From a virus: 64,000 nt of DNA. The position numbers and the translations under genes were made by a program. This document shows positions 56,307 through 64,000 of the stretch, piece after piece. Numbering within the stretch: position 1 is the stretch's first letter; each line of letters opens with the position of its first letter. The stretch covers positions 8,079 to 72,078 of IMG/VR virus record IMGVR_UViG_3300011112_000003. One strand, 5' to 3'. The notes beneath the pieces are model-generated. The model had not been told where the DNA came from and did not search any database. It was given only the letters and a program-made list of their open reading frames with translations.

Positions 56307-58028
56307 CTACCCCGGGCAAGAGCATACTGCGTAGTGCTGGTGACCGATCTGCTGCTTGTGGGGGTCGCCGTGACGGACACACCCCGCGCTGTAGTTGGCC
56401 TTGACGATCGGGTCATTGCCTAGTGGGTATCGGATACGGCTCAAGCTCATGCGGCGTACCACACCGGTCGTGTCCACCTCGTCGCCCCTGAAGTTGACCA
56501 TCTTCGGGCCCTTGCGGAGCGTCAAATCCCGCGTCGCTAATGGGTCGGAGCCCATACTCGCGATCAAGGATTCCGAGCCCGGCCCGATCTGCGGGTTGAC
56601 CCCCATCGCCGCAGCACTGTCACGGGCATCGCTCCACTTGTCTCCGTGGTCCGTGGAGCCATCGCTCATCGGCTTGACCATCCCCTTCAGGCGCATGATC
56701 TCTGCCACCGCCTGAATGGTGATAGAGAACTTGCGCGACGCGCGCGCAAGGTTCGGGTTCCTCGGGATGTACGCGATGATCTTGTGAAAGACGGGCATCG
56801 CAATGTTCTCGTACATGTCTTCGCCCGCGACAGGGTTGCGGTGCTCGGGCTCGCGCATCTCGTGTGCGTAGGCAGCTGCGATAAATCCGCACAGATAGCT
56901 GTAGAGCAGCCCCTCGGCGATGGGGCTTGGGTTGGATACCGCCGATAGGTCGTAAGTGCCAAGCCCCTTGCGCAGCACGAGCCGGTCTCCCTCCTGGACG
57001 TAAGCATCCAGATCGCCAGGCGCCAACTCGCACAGCTCCTCTTGGTGCTCATCGCCGGGCGTGGCCGTGCCGCCCTTCACGAGCGCGCCGAGTGCATCAA
57101 GCGCATCGCCCGGGCCGCCGCTCCGGCGCATACCGTACATGCGCTCGTATTCGGCAACCTGCGCAGCCACCTCCGGGCCCGACGCGGGGTACTCCATGCC
57201 GTTGCGGCTGGTGCCCGTCCTGGGGGGCTCGACGCCCCGCGGCAGGCTGGGATCCATGATGTCCGCCAGCTTGCCAATCATGTCGGGTTTCTTGTCGGGC
57301 GGGCCGTCGCCAACCTTGGGCTCTTCCTCTGGCTGGCCGGGCTTGCCCACAGGCTGCTCGCCTCCCTGGCCTGGACCGGGCTGTCCCTGCATCGCGGGAT
57401 GACTACCCCCGTTCTTGCCCTTCACGCTGTGGTGCGACGGAGGCGCCTGCGGCCCTTCGTCCTCGCCCTGGTGCGCGCTGTGGTCGTCGAATGCCGCCTT
57501 GTGGGGCCCGCCGTCAAAGTGGTGGCGCTCGGCGTGCTTGACCGCACCCTGCACCAGTTCCTTAGGGATCTCCGTGCCGCTCAGCCCCTGTTTTCTCGCC
57601 GCCTTCCACTGCTTGAACGCCGCGTAGTGCTCCGAATCCTGTGGTAGCTCCCAGTGCGCGCCCTCGCCCGTCTCATCGCTCACCACGAACCGCACATCCT
57701 GGTCGCGTTCCTCGGGGCCCTGGTAGATGAACTCGAACTCTTTCGTCTCGGGGTTCGTCACCTTCGTGGCGTACTGGATGGAGCCCTTATCGGGGTCTGC
57801 GCCCGGCGTCGCCATGGCACCTGACTTGCCCTCACCAGGCTTCGCGACCTCAGGCGCCTCGGGTACGCCACCCTGGCCTGCGGTGCCTGGTGGTTTCGGG
57901 GGCCCACCACCCTGGGGCGCCATTTTCTTCGCCCCGCCCGGCGCGGTGTCCGTCGAGTCATTGACGTTGTTGCCCTTCCCGGTCGGAAAAGCCTTGGCGA
58001 ATGAGCCCAGTGATTCGATGGCGTCCAT
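56307..58028 (-). CDS. Large Pro/Gly-rich protein, probable internal head protein
   Basis: 573 aa between terminase and portal; FAKA, LVKG, LRKG (x2), IVKA sites. Confidence 0.65.
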   Translation of the reverse strand: MDAIESLGSFAKAFPTGKGNNVNDSTDTAPGGAKKMAPQGGGPPKPPGTAGQGGVPEAPEVAKPGEGKSGAMATPGADPDKGSIQYATKVTNPETKEFEFIYQGPEERDQDVRFVVSDETGEGAHWELPQDSEHYAAFKQWKAARKQGLSGTEIPKELVQGAVKHAERHHFDGGPHKAAFDDHSAHQGEDEGPQAPPSHHSVKGKNGGSHPAMQGQPGPGQGGEQPVGKPGQPEEEPKVGDGPPDKKPDMIGKLADIMDPSLPRGVEPPRTGTSRNGMEYPASGPEVAAQVAEYERMYGMRRSGGPGDALDALGALVKGGTATPGDEHQEELCELAPGDLDAYVQEGDRLVLRKGLGTYDLSAVSNPSPIAEGLLYSYLCGFIAAAYAHEMREPEHRNPVAGEDMYENIAMPVFHKIIAYIPRNPNLARASRKFSITIQAVAEIMRLKGMVKPMSDGSTDHGDKWSDARDSAAAMGVNPQIGPGSESLIASMGSDPLATRDLTLRKGPKMVNFRGDEVDTTGVVRRMSLSRIRYPLGNDPIVKANYSAGCVRHGDPHKQQIGHQHYAVCSCPG

Positions 58029-58038
58029 ATCTTACACC

Positions 58039-58698
58039 CTACCTTGTTTGCCCTGCGATCACATCGTAGCCCAGGATCATGCCGCGTTGGATGCGCTTCT
58101 GATTGTCCCTGAGCTGCTTTGGCGACAAAACCAGCCGAGGCTGCGTGATGGCAGCATCGCCCGTGGAAGACTTGCCGTCGATGTATTTCAACTCGGGCTT
58201 GTCGGGCCCCGGGTTGCCGTACAGCCCGTTCCAGTTGAGATCCAGCCAAGTCGAGCGCCGCCGCGATAGGCTTTGCTTGGCCTCCTGATCCATCCGCGCC
58301 TGCGCTTCCGGCTGCGCGTAGATGCTCTTGAAGTCTGGCATTTCCGGCGTGTGGTTGCTGGGGCCGGTCGCGCCTGCCCTCGACGCACTCGATGCGCTGT
58401 AGGCCGTAGGGAACTTGCCCACCATGTCGGGGGGCAGCCCGACCACTGCTTCAACGCCCGGCGCGTACATGACCGTGTGGTCGGGCGACGGAACGGAAGC
58501 GGGGCCCACGCGCACGATCCACGTGTCACCGACCTCGATGATATTCGCCGTGCGGAATCCGTTGAGCGGTAGCCATGAGCGCACATCCCGTTTCATCGGG
58601 AACGACGCGCGCTCGAACCGCAGCGAGTGGACTAGCTCTTTCGCTTTGCCCGCCATGGGCACGCGCAGGCCGATTCGGGCTTTGCCTGCCTTGGACAT
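58039..58698 (-). CDS. Hypothetical head-region protein
   Basis: 219 aa, coupled to the upstream gene. Confidence 0.6.
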   Translation of the reverse strand: MSKAGKARIGLRVPMAGKAKELVHSLRFERASFPMKRDVRSWLPLNGFRTANIIEVGDTWIVRVGPASVPSPDHTVMYAPGVEAVVGLPPDMVGKFPTAYSASSASRAGATGPSNHTPEMPDFKSIYAQPEAQARMDQEAKQSLSRRRSTWLDLNWNGLYGNPGPDKPELKYIDGKSSTGDAAITQPRLVLSPKQLRDNQKRIQRGMILGYDVIAGQTR

Positions 58699-59351
58699 CA
58701 GAGCATATCCGGTGCGACGCGGGACAGTGGGAATACGACACAGCCCTTGCGTATCTTCTTCCGCTTCTTCGCATGCAGCATGAGCTTTTCGCCTACGCTG
58801 CCCATCATCTTACCGTCTGCGCCGATGGGGATGCGCGCGCCGCTCACTGTGATCCAGCGAGCAACCTTGGCTGCCTTGCGAAGTCCCAGGCGCATAGGGC
58901 GGTCGAGCGCGGTCGGCGCCTGCTTCTTCCACCACGCCGTTGCCCGCTTGGCTATCTCCTGGCGCGCGTCGCCCGGTACCTGAGTCATCGACCGCAGCAA
59001 ATCGCCCAGCATCCCGCGCGCGAGGAATAGGCGCTGGGTCTGGGTCTTCGGCGTAAACTCCGTGTTGGTGCCCGAGACGACGCGGTGGATGGTCGTCTCG
59101 TCAGCCTTCTCCAGCCCCAGGCCGCGGGTGATGTCGCTGACCTCATGCACGATGCGCGGCAACTCCGCGGTCTCCGTGGTCGTTCGCTGCATGCGCTCCA
59201 TTTCTAGTTGGAACGCATTGATCTCGCCCATGCCCGCGGCCGCTGTGGCTCGGAGCACATTGATCGGCGCATAACGCGCCATGCCCCCGCGTTGGCCCCG
59301 GGATTGCTCGCTAGTCGCCGCGTTCGCCTGGGCTTTCAACATCAATCGCAA
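58698..59351 (-). CDS. Hypothetical head-region protein
   Basis: 217 aa; MLKA, LEKA, LRKA, IRKG; 'WITVSGARIPI' is a motif common in phage head-associated proteins; AGGAGG RBS. Confidence 0.65.
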   Translation of the reverse strand: MRLMLKAQANAATSEQSRGQRGGMARYAPINVLRATAAAGMGEINAFQLEMERMQRTTTETAELPRIVHEVSDITRGLGLEKADETTIHRVVSGTNTEFTPKTQTQRLFLARGMLGDLLRSMTQVPGDARQEIAKRATAWWKKQAPTALDRPMRLGLRKAAKVARWITVSGARIPIGADGKMMGSVGEKLMLHAKKRKKIRKGCVVFPLSRVAPDML

Positions 59352-59474
59352 GACGACCTCCTAGTGCCAACGCGGTCCCCGCCAACCGTGTAGCGGTGGT
59401 GACGCGCTCAACGCCACCGTCCCTGGACCCCCGCGCGAAAGGATAACGCGGGAGTCCCGGCCCTCAGAAGCAAC

Positions 59475-59888
59475 CTACAGGCTGTCGCGGCCCGTGAATC
59501 CTTGGCAGAGAACCGTGGCCGTGTCGCCGTCGGGGGCGAGCGCGGTCAACAGAGTCACTGTGAAGCCCTGTGACAGATCATCGGCATCGACGGGTGCAAC
59601 CGCGGACAGCACACCAGCTGTACCGTCGATCAGATCGATGGCAATGGGACCAGAGCTGCCCGGGTACTGCTTGTTGAGGGTCGGGCCGGTGACCTCAGAA
59701 ACCTCGATGGTGGCGGGCTCGAATGGGCAGACGAAGCTACCGCCCACGCCACCCGCGCCGACTACTTCGGCAACGAAGCTTTCGGTCATGTAGCCGAACA
59801 GACCATTGGTCAGTTCCTGGTTGGTGCCGTAGGGAACCGACTCAGTGGCCGGTGGAATGTGGGTATTCGCGAACGATGCTCGTGCCAT
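59475..59888 (-). CDS. Small structural protein
   Basis: 137 aa, beta-rich; AGGAG RBS. Confidence 0.6.
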   Translation of the reverse strand: MARASFANTHIPPATESVPYGTNQELTNGLFGYMTESFVAEVVGAGGVGGSFVCPFEPATIEVSEVTGPTLNKQYPGSSGPIAIDLIDGTAGVLSAVAPVDADDLSQGFTVTLLTALAPDGDTATVLCQGFTGRDSL

Positions 59889-59969
59889 TTGTCAGCTCCT
59901 AGCTGGAGGGGCCCCACTGGAGGGGGCAACGGGTTCACAGGGGACTCTACTGCAGCATCGCGGCCGCAT

Positions 59970-61721
59970 CTACCCAAAGAAGCTCTCACCCCCCCGCTCA
60001 TCTGCGCTACCCACCAGGATATCGTCCAGACTCTCGTCGCCATCGAGGTCGCCATCGAACCCATCGTTGGCCTCGCCTTCCTCGTCGCCAAACGCGAAAC
60101 TGAACCCGCCCAACTTGATAGCTTCCTCCGCAAACCACCACGCCATCACGGTATCGTCGTGCATCCCGATGCCCTGCAGCCTACCCTCGACGTAGCCGAA
60201 CTGGCTGGCCTCCGACTCCCATATCTTGGTCGTCGCGCGGCTGTACTCGTCGCCCTTCGGGATAGTAAGCTTTTCGTTCTCCAAGACGATCCGCAAACCC
60301 GGCACACCCCTGTCGAGTGGATATTTGTTGGTGGCCAGTGTGACGAACTCCTTGACGGGTATGTCCGTCATTCGTCGCATTTCGTCGGTGTAGATCTGCT
60401 GCATCGCGTTGGACTCAATGAGCACCAGCGTCGGATCGTATCGCTGAGCCATGAGCGCCAGCGTTTCGAGCTGCTTCCTGAATGGCAGGCCCTTCGACCG
60501 GTGGATATCCACGATGAACCGCTGGCCGTGGCGATCCTTCGCAAGCGCGAAGATAACGAAATAGTCCGCACCGACGGACGCACTGCGCGCAATGTCGACC
60601 CCGAAGTACACTTCCCAGCCACGTGCGCGTATCTCCTCAAGCGTTGGCTTCAGGCACAGCACCTTGTCGTACAGCGGCGGAAACATGTAGCTCGGGAACA
60701 TCGAGATATCGTCTGTAATGGGCAGACAGAGGATCTCGCGACTGAACGCGACCGAGCCAATCTCCTTTTTCTTATGATAAAGCTGCTTGAGGGACCACCG
60801 CCATGGAAACAGCGCGCGCTCGTCGCCCGTCTCGGGATCGGAGACAATCCCCGGGTAGCGCATGAACTCCCAGACCTCATTGTCCATCAGCCACGCATAC
60901 AGGTCGGCCATGTGATACGGCGTCCCAACCACGATGCCCTGCCCACCCTCGAAGTACCCCTCATGCTGTGTCGAAGGCATGATCATGTTCACGATGGCGG
61001 ACTGAAAGTAGGATATGTTCTTGTTGCGCTCCGTCTCCGACCACATGTCGTTGTCGTTGAGTACGTCATCGAGCACGACGTACTTCGGGTGGCGACCGCG
61101 GATCGCCTTGCCATAGCCGACCGCGCGGATACGCGATCCGTTGGTGAAGATCACGTCCTGCTTGTTCAGGCGCACGCGCGGGTTGGTGCGGAAATCCTCC
61201 TTGGTCGGCACCAGGTGGGAGAGTTCCGGTATGTCGACCATGCCTTGGAGGTTGTTGCGCCCCCATAGAATGATATCTAGGAACTCCTGTGCCTGCTCCA
61301 ACGTACGGCTGAATAGGTAGACCTCGCAGCCCGGCTCCGACCACGCGCGCCAGATAGGATACGCGTAGGAAAAGAATGCACTTTTTCCGTGGTCACGCGC
61401 CGCGAGCACGGCCAAGCGGCTCTGCTCGTTGACCGCCTCACCCCAATCCATGAGGTGGGGCGACAGTTCCATGCCGAGAATATCGCGCGCGAATAGCGGC
61501 AGCGATTCCTTCAGCATTTGCGTGTAGATATCGCGCCAGTACGGATCGCTGGGATCCTGCACTTGATCGAACGCGATCAGGAAATCCGCACCTGGGCCCG
61601 GGTCCTCGTCAACGGGCGCAGCGGGATGGTGCGGTAGTGGGGCGGGCCGCTTCGGGCGCTTCGGGCGTCGTGGGCGCTTCCGAGCAGCACCCGCATTTTC
61701 GTCTACGGCAACAGCGCCCAT
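59970..61721 (-). CDS. terL: Terminase large subunit
   Basis: Walker A 'AARDHGKS', Walker B 'YVVLDD', 'VGTP', RNase H-like 'FGVDIA', 'IESN', 'HDDTVMA'. Confidence 0.95.
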   Translation of the reverse strand: MGAVAVDENAGAARKRPRRPKRPKRPAPLPHHPAAPVDEDPGPGADFLIAFDQVQDPSDPYWRDIYTQMLKESLPLFARDILGMELSPHLMDWGEAVNEQSRLAVLAARDHGKSAFFSYAYPIWRAWSEPGCEVYLFSRTLEQAQEFLDIILWGRNNLQGMVDIPELSHLVPTKEDFRTNPRVRLNKQDVIFTNGSRIRAVGYGKAIRGRHPKYVVLDDVLNDNDMWSETERNKNISYFQSAIVNMIMPSTQHEGYFEGGQGIVVGTPYHMADLYAWLMDNEVWEFMRYPGIVSDPETGDERALFPWRWSLKQLYHKKKEIGSVAFSREILCLPITDDISMFPSYMFPPLYDKVLCLKPTLEEIRARGWEVYFGVDIARSASVGADYFVIFALAKDRHGQRFIVDIHRSKGLPFRKQLETLALMAQRYDPTLVLIESNAMQQIYTDEMRRMTDIPVKEFVTLATNKYPLDRGVPGLRIVLENEKLTIPKGDEYSRATTKIWESEASQFGYVEGRLQGIGMHDDTVMAWWFAEEAIKLGGFSFAFGDEEGEANDGFDGDLDGDESLDDILVGSADERGGESFFG

Positions 61722-61754
61722 GGTCGGAGCGTAGCTGTAAACTCGCTCAGCTGG

Positions 61755-62159
61755 CTAGGGACTCATCAGCCCATTTCCCGCTGGGATAACGATCTGCGCC
61801 CCGTCCACGATGACTTTCCGTTCCTCAGCACAGTAGAACTGCCCATCAGTACAAATCAGGAAACCAAGTTCCTTGGCACCCCCTGGCAGCCTCGGATGCG
61901 GGTTATCTAGCAAGCCCGCGAGCACTTCATGCAACGAGCGGTGCTTGGGGATCGCCACTTCCCGCTTCCCGCCGCCCGCGTAGTGTGTGCATCGAAGTGA
62001 CGTCAGCTCACCCAAGAACTTGAGCCGCCCGGGCAGGCTGAGATCCAGTGGCATCGCGGGCGCAGGCAGCGGGGGCACTGGAGCGTCGAGCCCCGCACGC
62101 CGCGCTTTCATGTACGCCGCATACGAGGTGTTATCCCACGACCGCGTGTCTGCCCTCAC
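61755..62159 (-). CDS. Leader-family protein (dispersed member upstream of terminase)
   Basis: MRADTRSWDNTSYAAYMKARRAG. Confidence 0.6.
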   Translation of the reverse strand: MRADTRSWDNTSYAAYMKARRAGLDAPVPPLPAPAMPLDLSLPGRLKFLGELTSLRCTHYAGGGKREVAIPKHRSLHEVLAGLLDNPHPRLPGGAKELGFLICTDGQFYCAEERKVIVDGAQIVIPAGNGLMSP

Positions 62160-62162
62160 CGA

Positions 62163-62444
62163 TCAGTTCCATTTCATCTTATCGTAGCCCTTGCGGTACG
62201 CGGGGGTGGCTACGCGGGCGGGCCCAGGGCTCGTATACTCGCTGGTGACCTTGCGCCTGCGCGGGTTGCCTGCAATCGCCTCGGTGCGCATGATCGTATC
62301 GCCGGGCTGCAGGGGCTTGCCCTCCTCCACGCGCGTGACCTGCGTGACGTAGGACTCATCGCCGTCAGTGATCCTCGCGAGTGCCTTCCCATGCACGCAC
62401 GGAGGGGTGACTAGCTCCAGCGTCTTCTCTGGCTTGCTCATCAC
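62163..62444 (-). CDS. Hypothetical protein
   Basis: 93 aa; 'GPARVATPAYRKGYDK'. Confidence 0.6.
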   Translation of the reverse strand: MMSKPEKTLELVTPPCVHGKALARITDGDESYVTQVTRVEEGKPLQPGDTIMRTEAIAGNPRRRKVTSEYTSPGPARVATPAYRKGYDKMKWN

Positions 62445-63139
62445 TCCTCCAGCGCGTCGATCTCTTCACCCGTCAAATGCCGCGTGGCCATAAACTGATG
62501 CAACGCCTGCATGGTGTGTGGGCCCGGGTCCGTCTTGCCTCGTTTGATGTTGTAGTGCCCAATCGCACCTCGGAAGCGCCTGAAGTTGATAACGCCCGTA
62601 TTGAGGCACACACGGTCGCCGTATTCGGGCAGGTTGTCGACCATCAGCGCATTGAGCGCAAACAGCGCTTGAAGCTGTGCTGGGTACATCTGGCGACACG
62701 TCACCTTGGCGCCGTGGATCTCGGTCCTGTATTTCGTACGCGCAGGCATGTGCTCCGGTGGTCTCATTTGCTTTCCTGTGACCACGAGCCCCGCGCAAAT
62801 CATCTCGACGCCCCATGAAAACTTGTTAGCCGCGCCTGCATCTGCTGTGTCTACCTTGCACGGGTCACAGAACTGATAGACCGAGCCCAACGCACTGATG
62901 CAGAACTCGACGCCGAGCTTCCGACGGTTGAGCGTGCGGAACATCGTCTCGGGCGGGTTCTCGCTACCCGTCCAATGGATGACCCCTGCACGCATCGCCA
63001 CTCGACGCCGCTTGTTGTAGCCGTCACCCGGCCTGAACTCCATCTTCGTATCCATCGGGCCGAACACAGGGATCGGGTGCTTGGTGATCGGGTGCAACAA
63101 AGGGATACTATCCCCATTCAGAACGATACCATCTGCCAT
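62441..63139 (-). CDS. N-acetylmuramoyl-L-alanine amidase (Amidase_2), putative endolysin
   Basis: 'GVIHWTG', 'N..SWGVEM', 'AQLQAL', 'IGHYN...KTDPG'. Confidence 0.82.
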   Translation of the reverse strand: MADGIVLNGDSIPLLHPITKHPIPVFGPMDTKMEFRPGDGYNKRRRVAMRAGVIHWTGSENPPETMFRTLNRRKLGVEFCISALGSVYQFCDPCKVDTADAGAANKFSWGVEMICAGLVVTGKQMRPPEHMPARTKYRTEIHGAKVTCRQMYPAQLQALFALNALMVDNLPEYGDRVCLNTGVINFRRFRGAIGHYNIKRGKTDPGPHTMQALHQFMATRHLTGEEIDALEE

Positions 63140-63180
63140 TGTCGTCTCTCCCTGCTGCTATACGTATATCGGATAGGATT

Positions 63181-63675
63181 CTATTGCACGATGAACAGCG
63201 CATCTAGCGTAGCCGCCGCCAGATCGAGCCGAGCCGCCACCCCAGCGGGGTCGTCTGCGCGTACCTCCGGGAACGTGATAGCGGTCTCGACGCGGTCCCC
63301 TTTTCTCGGGGTGATGCCGATGATCAGGTACACCTTATCATCCGCCAGCCGGTTGATGCTACGCTGCATCCCCGCGACCTCTTTGATATCCCACCGCAGG
63401 GGCCAGTCGCGCGCGCGAAAGAATCCCGTGATGAACGTCATCACGAGTGCCCGGAACGGCTGGTCAGTCCACTCATTCCCTCGGGTACGGTTCCACTGCG
63501 GGAGCAACGCCAGGTCGGGGTGGTCGTAAAAGCGTTCCTCCGTGAGGGGCCCCGGGCCGCCCGGCTTCAGAGCGCCGCTGTTGTCGAAGGGCTGGCGCTC
63601 CGTACTCGGCCGGATGACGGTACCCTTCGGGAGCAGCTGAGGGTCCCCGAACTCGGGGAACGGCTTGTCGGTCAT
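63181..63675 (-). CDS. Hypothetical protein
   Basis: 164 aa, ATGA-coupled. Confidence 0.6.
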   Translation of the reverse strand: MTDKPFPEFGDPQLLPKGTVIRPSTERQPFDNSGALKPGGPGPLTEERFYDHPDLALLPQWNRTRGNEWTDQPFRALVMTFITGFFRARDWPLRWDIKEVAGMQRSINRLADDKVYLIIGITPRKGDRVETAITFPEVRADDPAGVAARLDLAAATLDALFIVQ

Positions 63676-64000
63676 CGCGTGTTGAACTCCTGAGCACGCA
63701 GGGAAGCGCGCATCGCAATCAGCTGTGCGTCCGAGGGGGAATCATTGCCCTTCGGGTAGTCGGTTGCCACCTCAAACCTGCGTGAGTCCCTGTCCCGCAC
63801 GCACGAAATGACCGCGAGCGGGAGCCCTGGGCGCTGCAGGAAGTTATCCTTTCTCTGGGGCGGCCCGGTCACACCGAAGGGCACACGCACATTGATACCG
63901 TTGTCCTGGAATCTCTCGACGACCCCCATCGAGCCGCGGCGCACCCACGAGTGCTCATCCTCGAACATCTTGATGGCGCTCACGATTCGCCGCTGCAACG
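63672..64000 (-). CDS. Partial hypothetical protein (5' end outside window)
   Basis: Open frame to the window edge. Confidence 0.5.
   Translation of the reverse strand, partial: LQRRIVSAIKMFEDEHSWVRRGSMGVVERFQDNGINVRVPFGVTGPPQRKDNFLQRPGLPLAVISCVRDRDSRRFEVATDYPKGNDSPSDAQLIAMRASLRAQEFNTR

Noticed and set aside
59352-59474. Intergenic hairpins as an ncRNA
   Set aside because: An imperfect GC stem (GGAC..CCGCG/CGCGG..GTCC) without a U-tract or recognisable family; insufficient support.
59859-61268. 469-aa plus-strand ORF
   Set aside because: Antisense shadow of terminase, expected from GC-rich codon bias; no recognisable motifs.

Overview
This is a 64-kb segment of a large, GC-rich, tailed dsDNA phage, with almost all genes on the minus strand. 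The head module resembles that of Twort/A511/SPO1-like phages. Myxobacterial-style secreted genes (a GD-repeat lipoprotein and a TPR membrane protein) suggest a Myxococcota host, which is an inference. In transcription order (right to left): amidase, terminase large subunit, putative internal head proteins, HNH nuclease, portal, a ~8-kb array of small genes, MuF-metallopeptidase, ~30 kb of accessory/DNA-metabolism genes, InPase-domain protein, HNH-AP2, prohead protease, scaffold-like protein, major capsid protein, a large LamG virion protein and a neck protein. The accessory block includes an SF2 helicase, ThyA, MazG-like proteins, a DnaQ exonuclease, a truncated beta-clamp, Tad1 and other candidate anti-defence genes. 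The most striking unexplained element is a family of ~19-20 small ORFs. Fourteen sit in a translationally coupled array at 43.6-49.1 kb. They share a ~20-aa N-terminal leader (MTxxLS[ND]xx[FY]AxxMRxxRG[EQ]) fused to unrelated bodies, several of which look like fragments of virion structural proteins. Two recurrent DNA motifs were also found: a near-palindromic TATCCGATA element ~10 nt upstream of many start codons, and paired GTACGTAC palindromes 21-22 bp apart next to an RHH regulator. All family assignments are by eye; no searches were run.
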